Assembly: GCA_964234715.1 (NCBI GenBank)
Contig: OZ174290.1
DNA length: 64,000 nt
Strand: one strand, 5' to 3'
From: Podarcis melisellensis
Lineage: Eukaryota
How positions within the stretch are numbered: the first letter of the stretch is position 1; each line of letters starts with the position of its first letter. A model generated the notes under the pieces. That model saw nothing but the letters and a program-made list of their open reading frames with translations. It did not search any database and was not told the DNA's origin. The position numbers and the translations under genes were made by a program. This document shows, in pieces, positions 50,240-62,497 of this stretch.

Positions 50240-53200
50240 ATGGTGAGTGTCCGGCCGGGGCCTCCCGCTGCCCTCCATGGTCAGCGGCTGCCATTCGGGG
50301 AGGAGGGGGGTGTCGGCGGGGCCTGCTCGATCCCATGGGGCTCCTCCTTCTCCGGCCACCCTTGTGAGCAGCGGGCCGTGGGTGCTCCTCGGTCGCCCGT
50401 TGCTCCTCCTGGCCGCCTGCCAAGACACCGCGGGCGAAGCGCTGCTTCCCGGGGCGAAGGGGGCGTCTTTCCGAGGCCGAAGGTGGAGGAGGGCCTGTGG
50501 AAGCCCCTCCGGAGCCTGCCTGCTTTTCAAGGGCCTCCGCCTGCGCCACCCAAACACCTCCGTCCGTGAGCCCGTGGCTGCCGGTGGAAGGTAACGTGTC
50601 ACAAGAGGCAGCCTTGAGGCTGTCGCGATGATAGTACTTACAAGCTGGGACTGAGAAAGGCGCCCTGCAACTGGTAGGCACAGAAATCTTGCAACTGCAC
50701 TTTTCACTTGCTCCACACAAAAAACCACCAGGTTTTCCTCTGGTAGGGAAATTAGACTGGGAGAGAGGAGGGTAAAAACAGCCACCAGTGAGTTTGCTGG
50801 TGTCAAAATGTTTCACGGTTTGCAAAAGCCTGTGTCAAACGCCAGGAGTTGCGGAGTATTTGTGGAAAACGTCAGCTGGGCCAAGGATGAAGCAGCAGGG
50901 TTCTTTTTTTGTGCAAATCATGTTGCAAAACTAGTTTAGAGCAAAAGGTTGGGGCAAGTTGAAATTTGGCTTCTGTCAGCTCTACAGTGAATTTTGGATT
51001 GGATAATATAGAAAATTTCTCCATTTAAGTCAAGCAGATGGATTATTGTATTGCCTGCTAAATTTACATATATATTTTTAATTGTGAGTTATTTGGGCAT
51101 GATTCGCAAATCCTTGGCAATTTCAGATTTTTTAACTTTATGCCACGGTTTTCACAGGCCAGCTGATTTGGATCTCCTTAAGACAAACCTTTGACTTTTG
51201 AGATGTTATAATTCAGCACAATGGTGGCTCTTCACACAGCAGCTTTCTGAGGTTGGTTAGGCTGAGTGACATTGGTCTGACCAAAGCTATGTTGTGGCAG
51301 TGCATTAAACGTGGCTCTTCAGCACCAAAGTTCAGGCAGAGGCCTCCTTGAGTTATAGGAAGAAGGTGACAGGCTTTGTGTGAACCTTTGCCCCTTACTC
51401 ATAAGGCAGGAAAGGAAGGATAATACTAATGATGGCTATTAGGCACAGTTCCTGTGTATTACCTCCATCTGCTTACCAGTTGTCAGTAGGGCTGGGTGAT
51501 ACCTAGTTTTCAACATTGTGGTATTTCACCAGCTAAACATCACAATATACCGATATATCATGTCTGAAATAAGGATGAAACCACTATGTAGCAGCATTTG
51601 CTGGCTTCACAGTTTTCACTGCATCATGATTTTTGCCGGCGAGAGTTGAGCTGGCTGAGTTAACGGGGACTGCAGAAATCAAGAGTAGCTTTGGGTGACT
51701 TCACAGTTTTTCCCACATTGTGATTTTTACAAAGTACACACACACACACACACACACACATCATGATTTGTGATATATTGCCAGGTCAGAAATTATGAAA
51801 GCAACATCACGATGTGGACTTCAAACCGGTGTTGGATGATATATTGATATACCGCCCAGCCCTAATCATAAGGTCCTGTTCCATAGGTATCTGGCTGACC
51901 ACTGATTCAACTGAAAGGCTCTTATTTTTTCTATGTAGTTATGAGACTGACAAAAGCTCTTGTCCCCACAGGTGCTCTTGGCAGCTGCCGTCTGTACGAA
52001 AGCCGGAAAGGCGATCGTCTCACGCCAGTTTGTAGAGATGACACGGACCCGCATTGAGGGGCTGCTGGCAGCCTTCCCCAAGCTCATGAACACAGGGAAG
52101 CAGCACACATTCGTAGAGACAGAGAGCGTCCGCTACGTCTACCAGCCCATGGAGAAACTCTACATGGTCCTGATCACCACAAAAAACAGCAACATCCTGG
52201 AGGACCTTGAAACTCTCCGGCTTTTCTCTAGAGTGGTGAGGATCTTGCATCAAGCTGCCTGGCTTGCAAAATACCCAGGGGGAGGGAGGGTTTGCACATG
52301 GAGCAGCAGCTGTCCTATGGAACTTGCTTTTTCCTTGGGTTGCATTGCTGTGTTTACTTATTTGATACTGGAATTGGAAAGTGAAGAGCTGGTCCACCTG
52401 ATCACATTAGGATAAGTGTGGGGTGCTAGCTGGGAGAATGTTTGCCCTTGAAACAGGCTCCTGGACCAATGAGGTTCAGCTAAAGGTGTAGAGGCTTTGG
52501 GGACTTTGCAAGTCTAGGAAGATGTGTGGAGTGGGTTTTGGCCACGGTTGCCTTGCCTCATTAGAATGCCATTTTCCCCGACTCCTTCCAGATCCCAGAA
52601 TACTGTCGAGCCCTGGAGGAGACTGAGATCTCTGAGCACTGCTTTGATCTGATATTTGCCTTTGATGAGATTGTTGCCCTTGGCTACCGGGAAAACGTCA
52701 ACCTGGCCCAGATCCGCACTTTTACTGAGATGGACTCTCATGAGGAGAAAGTCTTCAGAGCTGTCCGTGAGGTAGGCCAAAAGCTTTCTGTGGCCTCCAG
52801 GCCCAGTACTCTGGTGCATTTGGTCCAGGCCATCAATTCCTTTCTTGTCCTCTTCTTCTCATTTGTATATATAGACTCAGGAGCGGGAGGCCAAGGCAGA
52901 GATGCGTCGGAAAGCCAAGGAACTGCAGCAAGCTCGAAGGGATGCTGAGCGCCGGGGCACCAAAGCACCAGGGTTTGGTGGTTTTGGAAGCTCTGCCATG
53001 TCAGGAGGCAGCACAGCTGCCATGATTACCGAAACCATCATTGAGACGGAGCGACCAAAAGTTACTCCAGCACCTACCAGGTATAAAGGTTGGGCAAGAA
53101 GCAGGTGAGGGCTTGTGGACCTCTTGTTGCCATGAGTGGCCACCTTCAGAAGTGGGAGAGTTCTGGGTCTTTTTAAGACTGTCGATGGTGCTCCAATCTG

Positions 53201-56200
53201 GATCCTCTGGGTTTCTTCAACTGTTCTTGTGGAGGGCTGCTTTGGTGTCTCCCAAGTAGCTGAATGACATGTTTGCTCTCTGGTGGCCATACTGTACATA
53301 AGATCTGTGTGTGTTTCCTTCCTGAGAGGGCAACTTTAGAGCATGAGGATAAGGGGAAGGCTGTAACAGTACTGCCACTATGAATCTCAGACACTCTCTG
53401 GGTTCTTTCTATGGAGAAAGGATGCCTCAAAAACTTCTGCACTGCTTTTTGTTTCTTAGGCCATCTGGTTCAAACAAGGCACTCAAGCTTGGCGCAAAAG
53501 GGAAGGAAGTGGACAATTTTGTGGACAAGCTAAATTCTGAAGGAGAAAACATTGTCACTTTGGTTGGCAAGCGATCCTCAGAAGCAGCCACTGTTCTAGC
53601 TCCACCCATCAACATGGAAAGGTAGGTTTTTGTGTTCTGCAGTGGGAGAAGACAGTGAAACTGTGGCTTGGATTCAGAGTGGTTTCCTAGACCACCTGGT
53701 ATCATCAACCTTAACCTTCCTTTTGGGGGGTGGCTTTCTTGGGAGTTGACAGAATTTTGGGCAGGTGCCCAGAGTGTGTCCTAATGAGGAGTAAGAGATA
53801 CCTCTTTGAGGTATAAGTCCTGCACATAACACAGTGTGGGGGAGGGGGAGTTGATCTAGTCACTACCCTGAGCCACGGGGATTGGAGGGAATGATGGGGT
53901 TGGAGAAGGGAACAGGTTCAAGGATGGGAAATGCAAGCAGCTCATCTAGTCTAGCAGAGCCTGGAGAGATTCACTCTTGGAAGGAGGGCCATTCCAGTGG
54001 GAGCGAAACCTCCACATCCTGTTTTCGCCCGCCTACTTTTGCCAAAGGAAAGGCAGTGCAGAGCAATGCATGGGGGTGATTCAGGCTTTCTCTTCTCTAG
54101 TGTGCACATGAAAATAGAGGAGAAGATCTCGCTCACCTGCGGCCGAGATGGAGGGCTGCAGAACATGGAGCTCCACGGCATGATCATGCTGCGGATCCTG
54201 GATGAAAAGTTTTCCCGGATTCGCATCCACGTTGAGAACGAGGACAAGAAAGGGGTGCAGCTCCAGGTATGGCTGGCCTTGCTGCTCCTACTGCCGCCCA
54301 TGCAGGTGGAAAGGTGCTGTCCGTGATACAAGTTGTGGGGATTAATTGAGCTCCATGGGTGGGGTGGAGGGCATCCTTATTTAGAGTTCTGCTGATGTTA
54401 GCAGTACTCCAAGGTCTGTCTTTGAGGGGAGAATTTGATGGCGAGTATAAATCCAGTAGGAGCTAAAGAGCATTAGGTTTGGAATAGGGCTGAAGATTTA
54501 AGTCAAAAACATGTGTGATGGGTTAAACAGGGCAGGGGTAGAACAAGACACTGAGAGTGCAAGAGCAAATTTCTGAAAACATAGAAACCAACAATTAAAA
54601 AATCTTGAGTAATGTTAGTATTAGAGACTGGCTAGGAAGGTGGCTAAACCTTTGGTTGTCAAGGGAGTCAAATGTGTGCTGAAGAGAAGGGAGTTACCAA
54701 AGAAGCTGAATTAATTATATGTATCAGTCTTCACAGTGGAAGATATTGGGCAAATCTCTGTGCCTGAACTAACTTTCACAGGATGGGAGTCTGAGGAACT
54801 GAGGTAAACAATGGTGACAATACAGGAAAAAATTGTATATTCTTATGGTAGGCTTTGGCTACGAATGATTCACTATTCTTGCTTAAGGAGCTTCCCAGCC
54901 TGTCTATGCTGTGCATGGGCAATGCTTTCTAGATTTGAGTGGCAGACTAGTGTGCTAATCTAGTGAAAGTCTTCCAGAATTTGGAGCATGGCACGGTTAA
55001 TTTTTGGATCTACAGATGAATCTTACCAGTTTTTTCTTTTCAGACTCACCCCAATGTTGACAAGAAGCTTTTTACGACAGAGTCCTTGATTGGCCTGAAG
55101 AACCCAGAGAAGTCTTTCCCCATAAATAGTGATGTGGGAGTCCTGAAGTGGCGGCTGCAGACCACAGAGGAGTCATTCATTCCACTGACAAGTAAGTGTG
55201 AGCACATCTGGTTGGGCGTTGAGGAGGGGCTGATGGACATAACACTCCCATTAGCCTAGAACCAGGCACAGCTCCCTTGGTTCAGTAGACATTCCTCCTG
55301 TCCCTGTTCAGGAGAGCCCATTGCTGCTGGCAGAAGGTCATGTGATGAGCAGGGGTGCTTTTTGTGTCTTAGTTAACTGCTGGCCATCAGAGAGCGGGAG
55401 TGGCTGTGATGTCAACATTGAGTATGAGCTGCAAGAGGAGAACCTGGAGTTAAATGACGTGGTGATCGCCATCCCTTTGCCGTGAGTAGCCATTGCACCT
55501 CCTGATCCCCAATTCACCCACCAGCTGCAAGGTCAGCCTTGATGCAAGGGAGTTGAGTGGTCACTCGTTGCTGCTTCTGTAGGTCCAACGTGGGTGCTCC
55601 TGTGATTGGGGAGATTGATGGCGAGTATCGCCACGACAGCCGGAGAAACATCCTCGAGTGGTGCCTGCCTGTGATCGATGCCAAAAACAAGAGCGGCAGC
55701 CTGGAGTTCAGCATCAACGGGCAGCCAAATGACTTCTTTCCTGTGCACGTCTCCTTCGTCTCCAAGAAGAACTACTGCAACATCCAGGTGAGTCTGGGAA
55801 GTGCCTCGAGTGGAGGCTGTGATCCTGTTTGCTGCCTGCTTCTATTTTGGAAAATACCCTGGCTTTCCATATGGCCCACAATCATGCTCTCCATCTGGCA
55901 AGTGCGATGAGCAATCGGCTTTCCTTTCCAACGTTGAAAATTCAGAGGTGGGAAAAGGATCCTCCTGGCAGTGGTATAGCTCCCAAGGGGGCAGGGGGCA
56001 GCCTGGCAATTGTGTGCTAAGGCACCCAGAACAGCTGGCAAGCCACAGCCTTCCCCCTGTACCTGCACATAGGTACACAAACACTGTCTAGGGCAGGAAC
56101 GTAGGTGGGGGTGCATATGCTTTTTAACTGGAAGTGAATACAGGTCTTCTGCATGCAACGGGGGTGGCTTCCCTTGAGGTGTGTCCTATTTGGCACCATG

Positions 56201-57031
56201 ACTTTGTGTGTGTAAAGGACGCATTGGTGTAGATTGTCCTTGTCCCTTCATAGGCTAATAATGTTTCCTCAAAGTGTCTCCTTCACTTGGTGGGGGGGAG
56301 AGCCTTTAACTCTTTCCTTTTGAAGTATGTGAGGGAGAGGCACAGGTCAGCATACCTTGAGAGTTGTTTTGGTCTCATAGCATGTACAACGATATCTTGG
56401 TTCTCAAACTTAATCCATTCCAGAAGTCCGTTCCAAAACCAAAGCATTCCAAAACTAAGGCACGCTTTCCCATAGAAAGTAATGCAAAATGGATTAATCC
56501 ATTCCAGACTTTTAAAAACAACCCCTAAAGCAGCAATTTAACATGAATTTTACTATCAAATGAGACCATTGATCTATAAAATGAAAGCAATAAACAATGT
56601 ACTGCAATCACACAATCAAACTGTAGCTGAACTGGGTTCCACACAGTCACACAAAAAAAGAGCCACAAAAACGTAGCAAAAACAGACAGACCTCAGCGTA
56701 ACAACACGGAAGTGTGGCACTCAAATCAGAAGCCTAATGCTCAAAACGGAGCATGTTTGGCTTTTGAAAAAAGTTCGCAAACCAGAACACTTATTTCCAG
56801 GTTTGCAGAGTTTGGGATCCAAGTTGTTTGAGTACCAAGGTGTTCGAGAACCAAGGTACCACTGTACTACAAGAGCAATTTGATCCAAGACCAGTAGCAG
56901 GCTATTTCATCTTGACTGACCATATGGCTTCCTCTCTGCAGGTTACCAAAGTGACCCAGGTAGATGGGAACAGTCCTGTGAGATTCTCCACAGAGACCAC
57001 CTTCCTCGTGGACAAGTATGAGATCCTGTAA
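50240..57031 (+). CDS. ARCN1: Archain 1 / coatomer subunit delta (510 aa, 10 exons)
   Basis: Exons 50240-50242 (ATG only), 51972-52235, 52592-52771, 52875-53080, 53460-53621, 54101-54266, 55044-55191, 55373-55481, 55583-55787, 56942-57031. M|[39 protein letters not shown]...[29 protein letters not shown]. Confidence 0.98.
51487..51864. mobile_element. Non-autonomous DNA transposon (TAGGGCTGGG TIR, hAT-like) in ARCN1 intron 1
   Basis: TAGGGCTGGGTGATA ... TACCGCCCAGCCCTA termini, with an internal (CA)n at 51736-51760. TSD not recognisable. Confidence 0.65.
54480..54830 (+). mobile_element. Decayed CR1 ORF2 fragment
   Basis: GAAGCTGAATTAATT...TCAGTCTTCACAGTGGAAGATATTGGGCAAATCTCTGTGCCTGAACTAACTTT...TCTGAGGAACTGAG is CR1-like. 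Confidence 0.5.
56387..56864. mobile_element. Longer Tc1/mariner-type MITE in ARCN1 intron 9
   Basis: Right end GAGAACCAAGGTACCACTG-TA; degenerate left end TA-CAACGATATCTTGGTTCTC. Confidence 0.7.
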
Positions 57032-57222
57032 CTGTTGCTGCAGGGAAGCAGCAAGCAAGACTTTGAGGCTGTGGTCTCTTGGGAGAGGGATGCAACCCTT
57101 TCTGTGTCAGGGGACACTGACATGTTTGCTCGCCCACCAACATTTCCAAGGTCACAGCCAGTCAGGCAGGGAGAGGCTGCTTGCTTCTCTGGTTCAGCCA
57201 GCCTCCCTACTCCTTAGGCACA

Positions 57223-57257
57223 CTCCTCCTCCTCCTCCTCCTCCTCCTCCTCCTCCT
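57223..57257. repeat. (CCT)n microsatellite in the ARCN1 3' UTR
   Basis: About 11 perfect CCT units. Confidence 0.85.
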
Positions 57258-58018
57258 GCTGTGCTTTAATTCACAGTAACTTTCCCCTTCCCTGTCCCCA
57301 AGGTGTCCCTTTTCGTTACCGATTCCTTACTCTGATGGGAGGTGAATGGCTCTTAATCCCAGCATTGGTCAAGGGACACCAGCCTGGACATCCAGCAACC
57401 TCTAACCTGGCAGGAAGCAGAGGTCAGCCCCTGGCACCCCTTTCCCTGCTGGGTGAGGGAACCTCTGGCCCCACTGCTCCTGACTGTCCACTTCCTGGAC
57501 TGTTCTCTGAAGACACTTCACTCTCTTGAAGCTGCTGCCTGTTCAAAGGAGGAAGAAGAAGCAACTGTCTCTGGCCCTCCCTGCTTGGGAATCCCTTGAA
57601 CTGCCCATTGATTGGGGCAGGCGGAGGCGGTGGTAGGCACTGGCTTCCCAAGTGGCTATGGGCATGTGCCAGTTTGTGCCCACCTGTTAAGAGAAGTCAC
57701 CAGCTTCTCCCACGCTGTCTCATTGCTGATGTGACCCTTTCCAAAATGCCCCCGGGGGTGGGTGGTCTAGGCCTGTACTGTAGGAGTAGCTACGAATCTT
57801 ACTGATCCAGCTGTGTTCAAGAGTTGTCTTGTCTGATTTTTAAAATGGAGTCAAGTTTAGTTCCACCAAAGGAGGCTTTTTTTCTTTCTTTCTTAAATTA
57901 CATTGAGGAGGGTGGGGGAAGAGTGATATTTAAATAAGATTTTGTAACCCTGTAACATAAAGAGCTAGGGCCTATAACACATTCCAGTGTACACAAAAGA
58001 ATCCCTGCCCCTGAATCC

Positions 58019-58024
58019 AATAAA
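58019..58024 (+). terminator. Probable ARCN1 polyadenylation signal AATAAA
   Basis: AATAAA about 1 kb after the ARCN1 stop, preceded by several TGTA elements. Confidence 0.6.
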
Positions 58025-61000
58025 GACTATTCTAAAATGAGATGCGTGGAGCTATGTAGCTGCCTGGAATGGGACGGGGGTTGATCTTGGAGCTAATATT
58101 GTAAGTGGGGAACTAAACGTAGAGCTGGCATGGAAGAGCATTTGAAGCAGCTGTTTCTGGGTTCCTGTTGACAGCTCAGTTTGGAGAACAAGGAATCGGC
58201 TCAAGGTTTGAGTGGCGATGCTGGACACGTGTATCTATAAGATATATGGAGACTCTGCCTACCTCTGCTACAGATGTGAAGCTTGCTCTGTATGGCCATG
58301 CACTGACAAACAGCAAGGCTGGGAGCTACCAGCCTCCAAGGCCAAAGTGACTTCCTTGCCCTTCCGCAGAAACACAGAATGTGGGGTGGAAAATATCAGT
58401 CTCTGGTAAAATCTAGAAAAGAAAAGAGAAAAGTTTGCATATGTAAATACAAACAATGGAGTACTGTCTTAAGACTGCAGAGGCATCTGAGGCTGTGTCT
58501 CTTGATTTCCATCATGGACCAAACTGCAGAGCCCAGGCACTATGATAACAGATAATGGGGCTGCTAACCACTGTTAATCATACTCTTGAGTAGTCCCATT
58601 AAAATAAATGGGTCTTCTCTGAATACAATTCAGTTGAATAGCACCCAGAAATCAAAAGGTGCTGGGTACTTGTAACATATAATGGAGCTTCATTTGCACA
58701 GATTCCAGGTTCAGTGAACAGACCAATCTGGGGCTCTTGTGCACCCCTTTGCTACTGAGAGCAGTCAAACTCCATTGTAGAGGCAAAACTGGATAGGGCA
58801 CCATGCCACACTAACCAAATAATGAAGAAATATAATGAATAAGGAAGTACCTTTCAGAAGGGTAAGATGTGCTTGCAACTTGCCTTATGCCTATTAAGTG
58901 GCTAATAATTATTAAGTGAAAAATAATTTTAGAAAGCTGATGAAGATTCCGAAAGGAGTTCACAGCTGATCTGAAAAAGTTCCAAATGTATTTTGCTATC
59001 TTTGAATTCTTCCTCACCCAGTGGAAGGATAAATGAGCACTGCCCTGACTGCTACCAAATTATAATAGTAGTAACTGGGATTTGCCCTCTGATAAAATGG
59101 CTAGTCTAGTCTCCCTTTTAAAGTTCTATTTAAATAGAAATGGAATATTACTCGCTAATGGTATGTTAACGGGAGGTTAAGGGGGGCTCTTCAGGAGACA
59201 ACCGCCCCCAAGACGCATCACTGTTTCCTATAATAAGAAGCTTGGGATATTCATTTACAGTTCTCTGGAATAAGGTTCTGGGTGCAAACTTAATAGCATC
59301 GAGCTGCTTGACTGTAATTTGCGGAGTCCTTGAGCCGCTTGGTCTACTTGCAAACCTGTCTGTTGGTCACAGGTGAGATATATTGCCCTGAAAGAGCCTG
59401 TGTAGAACTGCAATCTATGTAGCCATGGGATATGAAACTGCCACCCACTCTCACCCCAATTTCTGGTTATAAGGGTGGCACCCAAATATAAATAATAAGG
59501 TAAAGCTTTTTCTTTCTGCATTCTGAAATAATACATTTTACGGATACAGCAGACAGAAATTCTCGACTATGTATGTGTAAAGTGTTTCAGGAAGCTGCAC
59601 CTGCAGAATTGTAGATTACACTTTTGAATATAAGCATTAGCTGTGGAGGTATTCTGACTCAGCTCCACATTTTGGGAAGAATTTGCTTATCTAGCGGGTT
59701 GTGTCCAGCAATACTCCTATTCAGAGTAAACCCACTAAAAATAATAGATATGAATAACTTAATTTCAGTGGGTTTAATTGGATATAATTTAGGGCTCAAC
59801 CACACTGTTGTACCAAAGTTTCTAGCATTTTGTAGCAAACATTAATAACAGGTTTGAGAGAGATTTTTTTGTCCTGCTGCTCCTCCAAGGAAAACCCACT
59901 GTTTACCAAAGAATTGGAACAAAAGGAAATTAATAGAAAACCCAAATACAATTTTGTCCCTCTTATGAACCAGTCCAAAAATAGCTCCTGAACAAGAATT
60001 TGCATTTATTGGCTAACAACCCAAAGGCTCTCAAACTATGGTAGTTTTACTCATTTATTGTAATTTCTCCTCCTTTCACACTTCTGTGTTATTCTCTCAT
60101 TCCAAACTGCCACTTTCTTCTCTTCTTTTACATTCACTTCATGTTTAGTATTCTTTAAAAATCATGTATCTACAGTAGTTTCCTTCCCACCCCCCACCCA
60201 CCCCGCCCCCAATATGGGGGCCCACTAGTCTCTCCCAGGTGTCTCCTCCACTGTCACTTCCCATATGTTGTTGTAATACATCATCCCTAGCCATTGGTTG
60301 TGCTGGTAGGAATTGGGAGTCCAACAACATGGGGAAGGCCAGGGGTTCACCACATCTGGTTTATCTCCTGCTAGCTGGGTTGCCTGAGCATCCCTACAGC
60401 TTCTTGACAGGTCAGTGTGCCAGCAAAACCACCTGTATCCACCAATACAGAAAGCTTCATATGAGGCTGTCTCTCCCACTGCAAAGAGGAGCAACACGTC
60501 AGGCAACCAGTTTCCATGCTGGATCCTGTGCTCTGCTCTGAAAAACCAGCAGCAGTGCTGTTATTGTTTTCATTTCCCTTTTTGCTGGGTCTTCACCCCC
60601 CTGTTCTGGTCCTCTCAAGAGGCTGCAGCTGTTGGCCTCCTGGCCTCGGAAAGGCAGATCCAGGGCGCATCCGGGCCCTTTAAACTCAACTATGCTGGAA
60701 GATGAAAGGATTCATCACACAGTGGGATTGCATCTCCCTCTCAATATGCAGGGGCTCCTCTTTTTTTATTCAAAAGGGCTCGAGGGGGCAGGGAAAGGAA
60801 GATGCGCCAGGGACCTCCCTTCCCTGAGTGATGTAATGTTCAGCTATAATTAGGTTGGTCTCTTGTGTGAGCCAATTTGTTTCAACTGGGAAATATTTGG
60901 GGCTGTTTATTCTGTTTGCTCTTCCTCTGAATGATGGAGGGGGTCCACTGGTGGGGGAAAACTGCCCAGATATTGGGGTGTCCTGTTCTTGCCCACAGCC

Positions 61001-61186
61001 TCTTCTGCCACAATGCTGAAATAGTGCTGCCCAGCCCCACAGAGCTGTTGTAAGGTTTGCTGCAACACCTACTGCAGTGGTGGGGGACCGTGGGGGACCT
61101 TCCAGGCCTCTATATTTTTATTTATTTCATAGAATGAGAATTGTAGAGTTGGAAGAGCCAGCAAGGGTCATCTCGTTCGTCCCCCT

Positions 61187-61829
61187 GTTGTTGTTTAGTC
61201 GTGTCCGACTCTTCGTGACCTCATGGACCAGAGCACACCAGGCACTCCTGTCTTCCACTGCTTCCCGCAATTTGGTCAGACTCATGTTTGTAGCTTCGAG
61301 AACACTGTCCCACCATCTCGTCCCCTGTCATCCCCTTCTTCTTGTGCCCTCAGTCTTTCCCAACATCAGGGTCTTTTCCAGGGAGTCTTCTCTTCTCATG
61401 AGGTGGCCAAAGTATTGGAGCCTCAGCTTCACGATCTGTCCTTCCAGTGAGCACTCAGGGCTGATTTCCTTGAGAATAGATACATTTGATCTTCTTGCAG
61501 TCCATGGAACTCTCAAGAGTCTCCTCCAGCAGCAGAATTCAAAAGCATCAAGTCTTCGGGGATCAGCCTTCTTTATGGTCCAGCTCTCACTTCCATACAT
61601 CACTATTGGGAAAACCATGGCTTTAACTATACGGACCTTTGTTGGCAAGGTGATGTCTCTGCTTTTTAAGACGCTGTCTAGGTTTGTCATTGCTTTTCTC
61701 CCAAGGAGCAGGCGTCTGTTAATTTCGTGACTGCTGTCACCATCTGCAGTGATCATGGAGCCCAAGAAAGTAAAATCTCTCACTGCCTCCATTTCTTCCC
61801 CTTCTATTTACCAGGAGGTGATGGGCCCA
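61187..61829 (-). mobile_element. 5'-truncated RTE-BovB LINE
   Basis: ORF 61328..61792(-) DFTFLGSMITADGDSSHEINRRLLLGRKAM...VFPIVMYGSESWTIKKA...CWRRLLRVPWTARRSN...YFGHLMRREDSLEKTLMLGK is the BovB RT C-terminus. (CAA)n tail; TSD GTTC(G/A)TCCCCCT. Confidence 0.93.
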
Positions 61830-61998
61830 GTTCATCCCCCTACAATGTACAAATAACAGCCAAAGAATTCCTGACAGATAGCCACCTAACCTGTCTGAAA
61901 ACCTCCAGCGCCACCTTCTGAGCTAGTCTTTGCCACTGCTGAAGAGCTCACCATCAGAGAGGTCTTCCTAATATTTGGTCAGAATCTCCCTTCTTGTA

Positions 61999-62213
61999 CA
62001 GTGGTGAGTCAGATTACAGACGCTTCAGGTTACAGACTCCGCTAACCCAGAAAGAGTACCTCGGGTTAAGAACCTTGCTTCAGGATGAGAACAGAAATCA
62101 TGTGGCGGCAGCAGGAGGCCCCATTAGCTAAACTGGTACCTCAAGTTAAGAACAGTTTCAGGTTAAGAACGGACCTCCAGAACGGATTAAGTTCTTAACG
62201 CAAGGTACCACTG
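61999..62213. mobile_element. Tc1/mariner-type MITE, inverted relative to the 36640 copy
   Basis: TA-CAGTGGT...GGTACCACTG-TA; the body is the reverse complement of 36640-36881. Confidence 0.85.
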
Positions 62214-62289
62214 TACTTTGAATCCATTGGTTTGGGTCCTTCCCTCTGGAGCAGCAGAAAACAAATTTGCTCCATCTTCCATCTGAAGA

Positions 62290-62497
62290 TTTATATCCCA
62301 GCTTTTTCTCCTAGGAGCCCAAGGTGGCGTGTATGGTTCTTCCCTTCCTCATTTAATCCCCACAACAACCCTGTGAGGTAGGTTAGCCTGAGAGGCAGTC
62401 ACTGGCCCAAGGACACCACCAGTGAACTTCTTGGTTAAGTGGGGATTTGAACCCCGGTCTCCCAGGCTCTAGTCTGACACTCTGACCACACTGGCTC
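62290..62497 (-). mobile_element. tRNA-derived CORE/MIR-like SINE
   Basis: CCCCACAACAACCCTGTGAGGTAGG core, GGCCCAAGG, and B-box complement GGGGATTTGAACCC near 62441. Confidence 0.7.

Larger units (their letters stand above)
61128..62283 (-). mobile_element. CR1 3'-end fragment interrupted by BovB and a MITE
   Basis: Pieces 61128-61186, 61830-61998 and 62214-62283 join into a continuous CR1-like 3' end (AGAATTGTAGAGTTGGAAG...GGTCATCT...TTCCTAATATTTGGTCAGAATCTCCCTTCTTGTA|CTTTGAATCCATTGG). Confidence 0.75.

Noticed and set aside
49933-50825. Long overlapping ORFs (up to 277 aa) at the IFT46/ARCN1 promoter
   Set aside because: Stop-poor CpG-island sequence with Ala/Pro/Arg-rich translations and no homology signal.
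61077-61730. 217-aa plus-strand ORF
   Set aside because: Antisense reading frame of the BovB RT fragment.
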